Positions 1-13,314 of a stretch of 64,000 nucleotides of DNA are shown one piece after another. The DNA comes from Paraspadella gotoi (taxonomy: Eukaryota; Animalia; Chaetognatha), in assembly GCA_051294375.1 (NCBI GenBank), contig CM119264.1:26380972-26444971 (forward strand), read 5' to 3'. The stretch's first letter is position 1, and every line of letters starts with the position of its first letter. The position numbers were made by a program, and so were the translations under genes. The notes beneath the pieces were generated by a model. It had not been told where the DNA came from. It saw only the letters and a program-made list of their open reading frames with translations, and ran no database searches.

Positions 1-44
1 TTCGGGAACGATCTTTTTTTATTCTCCGCGGGAGAGAGAAAGAG

Positions 45-48
<4 letters not shown>

Positions 49-141
<93 letters not shown>
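49..141. repeat. (AG)n microsatellite
   Basis: Direct AG run; similar runs at 693-784, 1881-1911, 7080-7167, 26711-27037, 32281-32390, 35138-35209, 36184-36274. Confidence 0.97.
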
Positions 142-142
<1 letters not shown>

Positions 143-690
143 GTGAGAGAAAGGGGGAAAGGTTGTTGAGCGGGAGATGGAGAAGAAGAAAAGAAGAATA
201 GGGTGAAAAAGGAGAGACAAAAAGGAAAATAAAGGAAAAAAATAAATTTAAGAACCAAAAAAAAACATAAATAAATAAATATAAAAAATATTAAAACATG
301 AAACAATCAGAGAAAAGAAAAATAAGTAAAGTTAAAAAGAACAAAAAGTAGGAAAGGTGGAAAAAAAGTTTAAATAAAAGATTTTTCTTTCTTCTTTTCC
401 TAAATCGTTTTTTTTTTCTTTTGCGAAAAGAAAAAAGGATTTATCCTCAAACGACGCAGAGATCGAAAGGCGAACACAAGACCCTGTAGAGAAGTTTAGT
501 TGGAATGTTTTTTTGAACTCACGATATGAAACACAATGTAAAACTGTACATCTTAGTATAATTTGTCTGTACCCTACTTTTAAAGAACCACTCTGTAATT
601 CGGAAAGAAATCTCGTAAAAGATAAAACTAGATAAAATACCCGGTGCGAAACGAAAAAAGCAAACGCAAGAGGTGGCACTGGACAAGAAA

Positions 691-787
<97 letters not shown>

Positions 788-1877
788 AATAGGAAGCGAC
801 GGTGCGCATGATAACCAAAGTCTTTTTCTCGGAAATTCCTCCAGCCGGAAGAAGGTCCCACCAGTATTTAAGAATATGTTTAGAAATATGAACTGAAACT
901 TTCAGTGAAAGTTTACAATTCAAAGCAGTTTTTCGGAAATCGTATACAATAAGCTAATAATTTTAATGTCGTTCGGAATATTATAATCTTCTTTTATTAT
1001 CAAATTCAATGATTCAAATTCAATAATTAAAGTACATATTGGAATCTTAATCTTTAATTTCCTCATGAAGACTTTTGATTGACATACATTACTTCATGTT
1101 TAGAAAGGTAAGGAAATGTTAAGGTTGAACTAAATTTTCCGACGAAAGGTTAGTCTGAGTTGGGCTGTTTCTTCGTCACGCGCGATCTCTTGCCCTGTCT
1201 GCCCGCGATGTCACCGATCGGGCAATCAATTTCCAACAACCAATGACCGACAGACCGAAGGACGATTGACGACCGACAACCGACAACCGACATTCCCGAC
1301 GCGCGTATTTCTTCTCTCGTCTTTTTTTTCTTTTTAACCGCTTTGTCTTTTCTCCCCCCTTAAACTTTGTCCTTCTTGTCCCACTCGAAAATCTTTATCT
1401 TTCTCTTTAAAAGGAAAAACCGATTGTGTCTCTTTCCTTTTGTTTTATATTTTTTGTGTGTGTGTAAACTTTCTATCGCTTTGGTTATCTTAGTTTCCTT
1501 GTTACCATGTTTTGTTACCTCATCCACGTTTAACCATGTCTTTCTCCATGTTTCCGCCTGTTGTTTCTTTCTGTCCTCTCTCGCAAACATTGTCTTTCCT
1601 TTTTGTCATCTACTCTTTTTGGCGCCAATTTTCTCCGCCAACCCGAGCGCCCCAACCCGGGTTCCTCCTCTTTTCTTGCGTTGTCTCAGCTTTTGTTTAT
1701 CCGGCAGCGTCACCTTGGGGCGTTGCTCCCCCCGTTCGCCTCACCTTTGAGTTTCCTTACCTCTCCGTTCCTCACCCCATCGCCGTCCGCCGCCTTCATT
1801 ACGGAAGAGTACTGATAGATGGTTGAGTTTCCGACAAACAAAATTAGACTCAAAGTCTGAGATCTCGCTTTCAGATT

Positions 1878-1915
<38 letters not shown>

Positions 1916-2246
1916 ATCGTTTTGTATTGCATACTGAGAACCTTAGAATATCCCCCAAGCTTTTTACGTTCCTCTTTTACCGCTAGCACCTTTCTTATTC
2001 ATCTCCACCACTATTTAATCTATATTATTTAATTATATATATTGCTTTTTTAATTTTTTTTACTTATCATTATATCTAATAATTTATTTTTCTATCACCT
2101 TAATACCTTCCCTGTCAATTTGCCATCATTTTAAGGCCTCTATCAGGCATTTATCAGCCCATCCTTTTTGGCAGCACGGTGATCATCACCCTTCGTTCAT
2201 TCTCTCTCTTACTTTCCCCCTTTAAGTCCCTGATCGCTTCTTTCAA

Positions 2247-2381
<135 letters not shown>

Positions 2382-2668
2382 ATCCTTTCACCCGTGAACG
2401 ACTTTTTGTCACGTCAATTTCCTGTCACAGATTTATCTTTTTTTGCTTTTTTATCCCCGTCAGGTTTCCTCGTCCGAATTCTCCGTCAATTTCCTCCATA
2501 ATTTGTTCTTCCTCTCTCCATCTGTGATATTTTCCACTCTCCCCATCACCATCAAGTTTATTCGTCTTCACTTCCCCGTCAGGTGACTCCATCTCCCGTG
2601 CTCTTTCTCTCCATCAAAGGATCTCCGAGAAGTCTGTGAATACATTTCCGGATTAAACTAGTTTTCTA

Positions 2669-2669
<1 letters not shown>

Positions 2670-2709
<40 letters not shown>

Positions 2710-2718
2710 CACGACGAC
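2670..2718. repeat. (GAC)n trinucleotide microsatellite
   Basis: gacgacgac run. Degenerate GAC/GTC tracts recur throughout (e.g. 17910-17955, 19920-20040, 25340-25375, 30460-30860, 54433-54453). Confidence 0.95.
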
Positions 2719-3486
2719 TCGCCGACTTCGCTTAATGAAGACTTGATAATGGGTTTTAGTCGAGTGTCTCCTTGAGGCGTCGACTGGCGGTGTCTCGCTC
2801 TCACTACGACAATGAGATAGCGGAAATTTAAAATTTTAACGAGTTTATTCCACAAAGCTTGTTTGACCTCGGTGCGAGATATTTATTAAAACGGTGGAGG
2901 TTTGATAACTCGAAGACTATAGTTGAATCAAGTGACAAATGTTTATCAATATTATTCTTATTATTTATTAATATTTATTAAAAGAGTGGAGATTCAATAA
3001 TTCGAAGATTATTGTTGAATCAAGTGACGAATGTTTTTTTGGCAAAAATATTCAGGCGATTTTCTTCAAGAAGACGAAAAAGGTTATGATCCAAAAAATA
3101 ACAGAAAACCATAACGAAAAGTCAATAACAATAGTAAAAGAGAGAAAAACAATAACAATGCAAAAGTGATCGAATAATAGGCAATGCACTTGATCGTTCT
3201 TGTAGTTGTCGTTGTTGTCATCGTCGCGGGTGCTGCAACCAGATTTTTCTTTATTTTCACATAAATATGTAAAAATCATTTTCTAAGCTTGATTAAGAGG
3301 AAAAAGAAAACGTTTGTCGACAGCTCAATCTTCTCGAAACGAATTCGCTAATCGAGAACAAATCAGAAACTAAACAGAAACATTTGTTTCGTCAAAGAAA
3401 AGCTATTTCCAACGATCTTCCTCTTCGTGTTTTCGTTTCTGGTGATGTAGCCTTGTCACAAAACCCAAAATGAGTTCACAAAGTTT

Positions 3487-3525
<39 letters not shown>

Positions 3526-3817
3526 ATCTTCATTTTTTGTTTTCTTTTTTGATGCCTTGTCACAAAAAAATGGTTTCTCAAAAATTTCACGCTTTCGCTT
3601 TTCTTTTCCTCTTTCACCCTTTTTCTTTGTTGTCCCGCTGATGCCAGTTCTGCCTTCATTGCCTCCTTGCGCTTCGTCGGCAACAAAGTGTCACTTCTGG
3701 ATCTCGTTTCGCCAGATTTTACGCGGAAGAAAAAGAAAGAAAAAAAGGTGAAGTCATAAAAAGTAAAAGAAAAAAAAAGAAGAGGAAAAGGCGCCAGGTT
3801 TTACGAGCGGCGATGGG

Positions 3818-3955
3818 GAAGCAGACAGTGCAATCAAATGCACACTGGGTTTTGAAAGAAGACGATGTGAAGCAGACGGAGCGGTCAAACGCACACTGGG
3901 TTTTACTGGGATGTACATAAATCAGACCGTGCGGTCATTCGTACGCTGAGTTTTA
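3818..3955. repeat. Degenerate ~50-bp tandem repeat, 3 units
   Basis: Units gaagcagacagtgcaatcaaatgcacactgggtttt / gaagcagacggagcggtcaaacgcacactgggtttt / aaatcagaccgtgcggtcattcgtacgctgagtttt. Confidence 0.8.
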
Positions 3956-4845
3956 ACAGTAGAGAGGACCTTAGGAATTTAGATTGAAGGAGCGCATATG
4001 GAAAATCGCGTGTATAATGACTGTATATACTAGCTTTGTATCGTGATAGTGTTTAAAGTCAGTTTTGTATCTAGTAAACTGAAAATCATTTATTTTTAAA
4101 CAGTAACTAAAGTACTGAAATTTCTGAGCCTTCATCTCTTAATATTTATGACGCTACGTTTACAAAGATTATAAATACAATGTGTTATATTTAAATCCAA
4201 CTTAAAAAGCAAATCTAAAACCGATTGTTAAAAGTGCCACACCCGACCCACTCCTACCCACTCCTATCACCCACAACAAGGAGACTCACGTTTCCTGTCA
4301 CGGACGTCATTTATATAGGCGTGACGTCGGGCTGAGTTCTCGAGAGTTTGCGGTCGGGCTGAGCGCTCAAGGGTACGGCATCGGGCTGGGCACTCTAGGG
4401 GACGTCGGGCTGATCGAAAAAATAAAATCGAAGCTAACTGATCGGGAGGAAAATCTTTGGCGACAGGGGACTATCCCTGTCCGGAAGGGATGGAGGCGGG
4501 AAGAAAAACAAATAGGGATTAGAAAAGGAAATATGGATTAGGAAGGAAGGAAGGTAGGAAGGTAAAAATAAGAATAGAAAGGATGAAAGGATGAAATCAA
4601 GAAAAGTAACGATGGACGTAAAGTATCTGAAAATGATAAGACGGGCCAAGGGAAAACAAAAAAGCAACATTTTCAACATTGTGATGAGAATTTTAACTAA
4701 AAAAAATTGTTTGCACAAAGAAAACTACAATTTTTAGTCAAATATCGGATTAAAGATTTAGACATCCAAGTAATTGGTCATTCGGTCAGTCTCACTTCCG
4801 TTCAACAGTGATTCCCTGGGGAGCGAAGACAAAAATCTCCCTGGG

Positions 4846-5453
4846 NNNNNNNNNNNNNNNNNNNNNNNNNNNNNNNNNNNNNNNNNNNNNNNNNNNNNNN
4901 NNNNNNNNNNNNNNNNNNNNNNNNNNNNNNNNNNNNNNNNNNNNNNNNNNNNNNNNNNNNNNNNNNNNNNNNNNNNNNNNNNNNNNNNNNNNNNNNNNNN
5001 NNNNNNNNNNNNNNNNNNNNNNNNNNNNNNNNNNNNNNNNNNNNNNNNNNNNNNNNNNNNNNNNNNNNNNNNNNNNNNNNNNNNNNNNNNNNNNNNNNNN
5101 NNNNNNNNNNNNNNNNNNNNNNNNNNNNNNNNNNNNNNNNNNNNNNNNNNNNNNNNNNNNNNNNNNNNNNNNNNNNNNNNNNNNNNNNNNNNNNNNNNNN
5201 NNNNNNNNNNNNNNNNNNNNNNNNNNNNNNNNNNNNNNNNNNNNNNNNNNNNNNNNNNNNNNNNNNNNNNNNNNNNNNNNNNNNNNNNNNNNNNNNNNNN
5301 NNNNNNNNNNNNNNNNNNNNNNNNNNNNNNNNNNNNNNNNNNNNNNNNNNNNNNNNNNNNNNNNNNNNNNNNNNNNNNNNNNNNNNNNNNNNNNNNNNNN
5401 NNNNNNNNNNNNNNNNNNNNNNNNNNNNNNNNNNNNNNNNNNNNNNNNNNNNN
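4846..5453. other. Assembly gap (N run)
   Basis: N run; other gaps at 17546-17570, 43579-43854, 45012-45587, 52637-52661, 57490-57514, 62329-62365. Confidence 1.
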
Positions 5454-5982
5454 CATCTCTCTCTCTCTATGGTTTCCAGTTTCTGGTTTTATTTTCATTT
5501 CCTTTTGTTTATCGAGGGAGCGCATTTTTCTGCCTCGCCTCTCGATTTTCCCTTCCAGCCCTCCATCGATCCTGGGGACCGAAGCTTCTGTAGTTTCTTT
5601 TTCTCTCTTCTCGGATGCCAACGATGTGAAGTAAAGAATTGTAAAAAAGCTACAGTTACATTGTACTTGCAGTTTTGCAGGGAATTATCGAAAAGAGAAA
5701 TAAGAATAAAAAGGACCGAATCAGTACTTTTTAATAAATGTCTCTCCGACATCACGAAAGAAAATAACTGATTTCTTTAAAACTGCAGTAAAAGTGGGAT
5801 GAAACTAAGCACTTGAATAATGTGGTATAAGGTAGCTTGATTTTGTTGTACCGCGATACAATTACCCGGCTGTAGCGTCAGCACTTCATTTATTAAAGGA
5901 TAATAAAATCTGCCATCGAGTTTTGATGCCAAAATTATGTCACTAATATTGTTTCTTAAGCTAAAAAAGATAAACTAACATA

Positions 5983-6213
5983 ACATCTTTGAAATATTAT
6001 ACTACTTCATTGATAGGGAAGCCAGGTACTCTGGGAGTGAATAAATAAGACTGTGAGAGAGTCTTGATTGAAAGCTTGCAAGGACCTGCTATGTCATTAT
6101 CTTGTAAGAGTGATGGAGGCCTTGAACCACCAAAGCCTGTCCAAAGTCAGGGGCAAGATAGCTTATTTATTAAATGAATGGATAATTTTTATATCGGTTG
6201 TACCAATTTCATA
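5983..6213 (+). mobile_element. Dispersed repeat family B copy (non-autonomous, class unknown)
   Basis: ttcattgatagggaagccaggtactctgggagtga...ggttgtaccaatttcata matches copies at 36720-36932 and 61194-61474. Confidence 0.85.
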
Positions 6214-7077
6214 CTATATATCACTTTAAACAGAAAAAAATCAATTGAAAAATCAAGATGAAACGTTCCTTCAATGTCATATGAAGACGGCGCTTTCTAC
6301 TCAAATTTTTGACTCTCAACTTGCCACCGTTTCTTATTTGTCAAGAGCACCTTTTGCTTTTCTTGTTGGATTTTGTGACAAATTTAAAGGAAGATTGGCA
6401 ACGACGACAAGTACGACGACGACGACGACGAAAACGACGACGACGATATCAGGGATATCGACATTTCCACCACAACATCATCGAGTTTAAGGCAAAACTC
6501 AATCGACGAAGGAATGAAATTTGAAAACTTCCCACAAGACTCACCGCGAAGATATGAGACGTCGAACCCAAACACCTTTAATATAACTTACCTCGGGAAG
6601 GTGAGTCAACTTTTCTGCGATGCTGAAGGCGTCGCGATGACGAAGAGAGGGAATTTTGACGTTTTACGTATCTTCTCTTTTTTTTTACGAGAAGAACTTT
6701 GAAATTTTTTAGGTATCTCAGTCTTATTTTGAATCGTTTATTGTTTTTAAAAAATTCAAGAAAATCCGTTAGTCGTCCTCTGTCTCTCTAGTCCGGTGAG
6801 CTTCTGTAACTATAATGGTAGTTCAGATTTGAGTTTACATTCAGTGTTTTTAAAGTCGTAGTTCTTGTTTTAGTTAGATGATTAACAAATCATAGTTTTA
6901 TGTTGATTTAATTAATTGATAAAAGGATGTAATTTTTTTCTTTCTTTGTTAGAATTTTCTAAGAAATTCCGAGACATCATCATCAATATCAATCATCTTC
7001 ATCATCGGTGAAACTTCATGGCGGAAAGTAAATTTCTATCTACCGCCCGTGTCCACAGCTAGAGTAACGGAATTATC

Positions 7078-7170
<93 letters not shown>

Positions 7171-7280
7171 GGCTGCGCATAAAGAGAAAAGACACAAGAG
7201 CAAACGATTAAAGCGATTAAGAAGATCATCTCTCGTTATCATCCATCGTCCTACTGGCAAACCATCTAGCGTTTTCAATG

Positions 7281-7309
7281 AGTGAGTGAGAGAGAGAGAG
7301 AGAGAGAGC

Positions 7310-7340
<31 letters not shown>

Positions 7341-9320
7341 GAGAGAGAGAGAGAGTTAAAAGAGGAGAAAGAAAACGTCAATGCTCGATCATCACACTGA
7401 AGTACCCAGCCTCGTGACTCTCGTATCTCGTTCGCCACGCATCTGAACGAAACATGAACGAACAAATAGATAGATGCCATGAGAGTGGGAAAGGAATAGT
7501 GCGGAACGAAAGAATTAGGAGAACCAGTTACGACCGGATATGCTGACAGACAGGAAACAGCGCGAGAGGAGAGGCAGGACGCAGGACGCGAATCAGAGGA
7601 AAGGACATTTAAATTTCCCAGGCACCAATGAGAGAGAGCGACGGAGGAGGAGGAGGCCAAGGATTTGAGTTGTCGCTGTACGAAGTCTAAGATGATAAGG
7701 AGGGTTTTATTCACGCTATTTTCAGCCAATTAGAAATTTCGTCTAAAACTCTTCTCCACACAAGAGAGTAGGTCATGGAGCAAGACAGTCGGATCCTGGG
7801 TAGAAGAGAAACCAATCTAGGCGAACGTCACGAACGTGCGTTGGACGACGAGAGAGGGAAGGAGAGAAGAGAGAAACAGTAGCCAAACGGAATTCTGGAA
7901 GTAGAAAGACCGAGTAGAAGACGCGAAAGAAGGATCGCACGACAGAGAGAGATGTGGACGTACGCGACGAGTACGTCAATCGTCGTCGTCGTCGTCGTAA
8001 CGTCGTCACGACATCTCGATTCGGAATGAGAGAGATAAAATTAATCGGTATGTTGTATCTTACCCCAGAAAAATGTCCACCTATTAAAGAAGAGAGAGCA
8101 TCGCAGGTAAGAAGGAGGCAGAAAGCTCTTTATGTTATTATATTTACTGTTCGCATAGTTTCCATAGCGCGGGTCCCTTGTGTTTTTTTTGCACTGGGCC
8201 ATGAGCCCGAAACGAAATCTAGGCTAGTTGCCTACAGACTAATGGGAAGGGCATGGAAAGTAGAGGAGACTAGGCAGACGTCGATGAGAAGCAATGAGTG
8301 GACAATTAGAAATTCTGGCGTTATATAGTCTTTGTCATAGGATGCGTAAGAAAAGTAGCGATAATATCTGGAGGTATATACTCACAGCACAACTGATTAC
8401 GATGTCTCATGGTTTTAAAACAGACATCAACGCCCTCAATCGTCCGAACTGAATGGCATAATATCAGAGAGCGTTTCACTTTAACTCAGTAATGTCTAGA
8501 TAAGAGGGGTGTTGGAATGCGCCTAAGAGTAACACATAAATAAGTAGAAAGATGAGACATAGAGAACGGAGTTTGGTTCGTTTAATTGAGAGATTTTGGA
8601 AGATTCTTTTGATCGCGAATATACTTCTTCTATCACCATCACAGGATTGAGTGACTGTGAGAGGACGTGAGCAGAGAGAGATTGTCTTCAACAAAATGAT
8701 TACATCTCTCGATTCAGCATAATTTCTCTCTTTTGTTATCGTTTATACTTATTGTTTAGTAATTTTGCTAGCACTCCCCCCTTTCTCTCATAAGTTTCCA
8801 TTGCATATATGGAGTACGGGATTGACGCTCTTCATTGGGTAACCCGCCTTTTTTCCAAGGCCGTCTCATGTTTCCTGTATTCTCTTATCATTTCTTCATC
8901 TGCTCTTAGTCAAGCTTCGTAGACCGTCTCCCATCGACCACGAGACATTACTGACATGCGAGTTAATACCTTCCTATTTTCTCGAGCCTCGGATAACTAA
9001 TTTGCAGTGCACTGCCAGATTGTTGGTGCGTGGAGCGTCCTTTCTTGTCCATATATCTGTGGTATAACATAAGGTGTTGCTTCTATCTCCATAACTTCAG
9101 GTACAATAATCATGCATCGTGCATTCAACTCTCCTCCGCGACTGATGAGTCGGCATTTTCCGTCGTACGAAAAGAAGCCTGGCATCTCGACTGGCAAATA
9201 AGTGGCGTCCAGAACGACAAAGCTGGGGAGCAGGGCTGTCAACGTGAGGTACAGGGGATAAAACAAGGCTGCCCTCCGATTCCGTGGATCAGAAGCCGTC
9301 AACGGAGACGTCAAAAGAAA
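7281..9320 (+). repeat. Indel-rich duplicate of 17585-18745
   Basis: Colinear shared anchors: gagagagttaaaag, gtcgtaacgtcgtcac...gagagagataaaattaatcg, ggttttaaaaca, actggcaaata(a)gtggcgtccagaacgacaaa. Confidence 0.85.
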
Positions 9321-12300
9321 AAGAAGAAATGGTAGACTGATGCGCATCGAGAGAAATGTATCATCTCTCGGTCTTCTACTAACGTCCAGCCCAACACGTG
9401 AAATCGGGTTTCTTCCCAGGAATCCGTCTGTTCTGCAGTATAAATAACTTTGGGATGAGGAAGAGTTTTATGATTTCTGAATAATTTCCTATTCACGTAT
9501 TGAATAAATATGGTGACATAACACATAATATACTCTAAGTATTTGAGCTACACGCATCAATCAATTGATCGGCGTCTCTCATGGTGGGACATCCTATATT
9601 AAAAAATGTTTTTTCTCTCTCTCATATATGATATCACGGTTTGGCCTCTGGTGCCAGTGGCAGCATGCGAGTATCTATATTTGCCCACTATAAATGATCC
9701 TCTCGACTTTTATGATAGGAATTTTAATGAGGTGTTCAAAGTGGGGGAACGAAAGAAGAAGAAGGAGAAATGAGGAGGATACCAGAAGTGACCATAGAGC
9801 AGAGAGAAAGAGACGAAGAGAGAGAGAGAGGAGAAGAGAGAGGAAGAACGGGAAAAGAAGAGGGTTTACCTTTTTACACCCTCCCCCACAAGGAAAGAAA
9901 AAAGAATGAAAGTGTAGCAAATGCAGCCGAATGAGATGCTTCGCTATTTGGGAAAGCAGTTACCGGTAACTGGTTTTTATGTTTCTTTTTAAAGGTTTAC
10001 TTATGATGAAAATAAGTGGGACTTTTGATAGGGTTTAACGAAGGGTCCAGGGCTCGATAGAGTACCTGTAGATCACTATGAACCAATAGAGAGCCAAGAT
10101 AAGAGACGAGTGTATTCTGAGCACGTAATGGAGAGAGAGAGAACGCAATGGCATAATACGTATCATGAAGAGGAGAGAGCAATTTGACGCTACCGAATAC
10201 ATTTTTGAACTATATGAACCATGAGAGAGAAGCAAACAGTCTTAATAATAGAATGAGACCGTACACTACTCAGTAACAATGCAATGTTTAGAGCTGTACA
10301 TATTGTTATGTAGTATGTATAGTAGTGGTTTGTAATGTTATGTGGAATGTTTACTCATTTATTTAAAGATGTAAATTATATTAGCAAATAAAATTAAAAT
10401 GTAAAATAACTTTATATACAATACATTTTACAATATTCAGTGTTTTACACATAGTCATAGATCCACCGTTCTTTTTTAAACATCCACCCTCCTCTCTATA
10501 CAGATGAATCGATATTGCTTAGTTTTTTTCTATTGTTTATTTGAAGTAATATTCGAAAAAGGTAATTTTAATTCAGATTGCCAATAATAAAGAGAGAGAG
10601 AGATATATATATATATAGCGAGAGAGAGAGAGAGAGAGATGAGAGTAGAGAAGAGAGAGAGAGGAGAGAGAAAGAGGAAGAGAGAGAGAATATGAATTGT
10701 AAAATTGAAGGAAGAGGGGCCTTTTTGGCCCTATCAATTTGTGCCCCTAAATTGCGTACATCAATTTACATTAATGAATAAAACGCAGAGAAGAGAGAGA
10801 TGAAAGGAGGAAGGGAAGAGGAGAGAGAGAGAGAAGAAGAAGAGAGAAAGAGAGAGAAGAGAGGTCCCATTACACTATGAATTGTAACGATGGTCTTTAT
10901 ATATGTATGTTTTTTCGCTGCGCTTCTCTAGAGATTTAAATAGAGAATTTAAAAGAACAACTGATTTCCTTTATATTCAATCAAGTAAATTGGGTAACGA
11001 GACAATTGCATTTTGATAAAATCATCAAATTCATATCAATTGTGCTAATATAATTTTCGATTTATTAAAAATTTAAGTTTAACATTATAAACTTGGTTAC
11101 AACGACTCGTTGATAACATAATCATTCAATAAAACTTTAAATACTCCCGAACGACACGTCAACTTTTCCTGTTTACTTTATTCAATTAGTGAATCACAAT
11201 TGATGTATATATCAATTTGTTTCGAAACTTTTAGTATGAATATCTTCATCCGTCATTCAATCTATACAAAAACCAGTTTCAATCTTTAAATCGAGTTCGA
11301 TCTCGTATATTCTAGTTTTCCTTAGTTTTAAATCTTTCCCGGGTGACAACTTGAGGACGAAGTTGCCCTGGGGATAACCATATATGGGGTTCACGATTCG
11401 AGCCATAAGCCCCTCCCCGGGCACAACGTCATCACTGCTGTCGTACCGTGGAATTTGTAACGGGGGCCGTTTTCGCCGATTTAAACTGTTATTCATTTTA
11501 TTATCAACGCTTTCAATTATCGCTTTGTTCGCTCGTCTGTAAAATCTCACGAACTCAAAAGGAACCTACTTTCACCAACGAAGCAATAAAAATCCGGGAT
11601 TTCTTAGATTTGAAATAGATGAGAAAATAACAGCTGTTGACAAAAAAGTTCATGTTTCCCGAATGAAACGAAAAAAGAGAAGAAAAATTATGCCAAAAAT
11701 GAACTCGATCTCGATTCGCCCAGTGAAGAAAAAAAAGGAATCGGTTCTTTCTTGAAAAATCTCACGTTATCTATATATAATTAATTATTAATTAATTATT
11801 TAACTAAAATAGACTAAACAACTTAACCAAACTCTCGTCCATCGAAGGATGTCCCTCCCAACAACCCTCGGACGACGGACTCCTCTTCTCCTCCACCTAA
11901 GCTCCTTCCACAATCCTCAACCACCACCCCCCCACCTCCTTCCACACCCCGCCCCTCGTCGTTCCCTCGTCATCCCCGCCCGGAAGTTTCCGCCCCCGAC
12001 GGGTACTACCGCGCGTTTTAACGCTGGTGGGAAGGAATCGCGCGAAATGACGGTCACTTCGGGAACCGGTGAGCTGCCAAGGACGCGAAGAATCTCGTGG
12101 GGATTCAGCATCGGAGGGGGGGCGCCGTTATTTCCCGTGTCCTACTCGTGCAGGTTTTGCCTGGGGTTGGGAGGGGCGAGGTTGGAAGTAATTAGTTATG
12201 AAGAATCGATTTTATTAAAGTTACCGATTTCTTTAACATTTTTTGGTTAAATTCATGAAAAGGGGTTTTTTTTGTTCTTGACATCGTATACTTGCTTTGC

Positions 12301-12368
12301 CCTCCGCCGCGGTTAAATTTTTACAAAATGGAACTTTAAAAATAAGTAAGCGTTTTAAATCATGAAAC

Positions 12369-12609
12369 TGGAAGGAGGCCCACTAATTAATTGTTAGTGT
12401 TTAGTAGAACGCTTTTCGGATCAGGCTTCGTACAGGGCCTGTAAACACGGGGTTATTAAAGGCGGGATAAACCACCCCCCGACCCATCTTTAAACTCTAG
12501 CCGACAACCGGGCCTAGAACCGCACCTTTGGTTGTAGGAGACGAAATGACTTGCGTTCCGGCACAATGGGCCGCTGCAGAATGTAGGTGGAATTTTTAGT
12601 CCCACCATA
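12369..12609 (-). mobile_element. Dispersed repeat family A copy (degenerate, reverse orientation)
   Basis: Reverse complement of family A: ...cggatcaggc...aggcggg...acctttgg...aatgacttgc...ggtggaatttttagtcccaccata. Confidence 0.8.
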
Positions 12610-12644
12610 AACAACATTCAATGCCATTTTAACTTTGAAATCAG

Positions 12645-12798
12645 ATCTTCGAACAAAACCCGGCAAGCCCCAAATTCGACGGAAAATCATTGAATTGTTT
12701 CCGGGAGACGAAATCAACACGCCGTTCCAATGGAAAAATGCGTCAAAGGGAAGACGAGATTGCAAGTGGCCAGATGATCCAGGAAAATCGGGGGGCAG
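12645..12798 (+). CDS. Putative internal exon of an unidentified multi-exon gene (IFEQNPASPKFDGKSLNCFRETK...ENRGA)
   Basis: Acceptor aaatcag|, donor cag|gtgagg, open frame ending phase 1, compatible with the next exon. Confidence 0.55.
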
Positions 12799-12890
12799 GT
12801 GAGGGACGAAAATGAAAGAAGAATGAATGAATGAATGAATTAATCTTTTTTCCGCTATTTTAAAAATATTAGCTCAATATTTTATCACAG

Positions 12891-12969
12891 GTCACCATAA
12901 CCTTTCAACAAAAAACTTCACGCGGACGCAATCTCCAAGGGATGGCATTGATATAGATCTTGAAAAAAG
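12891..12969 (+). CDS. Putative internal exon (GHHNLSTKNFTRTQSPRDGIDIDLEK)
   Basis: Acceptor ttttatcacag|, donor aag|gtgagt, open in phase 1. Confidence 0.6.
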
Positions 12970-13256
12970 GTGAGTAAAAAGAGTAAGTCAAGAAATTGCA
13001 TCAAGCCCGTCTATCCCGTCCCCATTGTTTGTCCTCTTGGGTTTATCTTCTCTCTTTTCTGTCTCCTCTCTCTGTCTTGTCACTCTCTCTTTTCTGTCTC
13101 GCTGGGCGGTCCCTTTCCGTCCCTCGTGTAAATGTGGTTTCTTGTTTTCTATTTGTTCCTGTCTGTCTATCTCTTCTGTAATTGACTCTGTCCTTAATCT
13201 ATCTTTTCCACTCCATTCTCAATACCCTTCTTTCCGAAATTTCCATCTTCCCTCAG

Positions 13257-13314
13257 GTGAAGCCTCGTTTCGTTCGAATCAATTGGTCATCGTCCACCGC
13301 CCGACGTTTTCTCG
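13257..13314 (+). CDS. Putative short exon (GEASFRSNQLVIVHRPTFS)
   Basis: Acceptor cttccctcag|, donor cg|gtaaaa. Phase match to the previous exon needs a 1-nt homopolymer correction. Confidence 0.4.
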
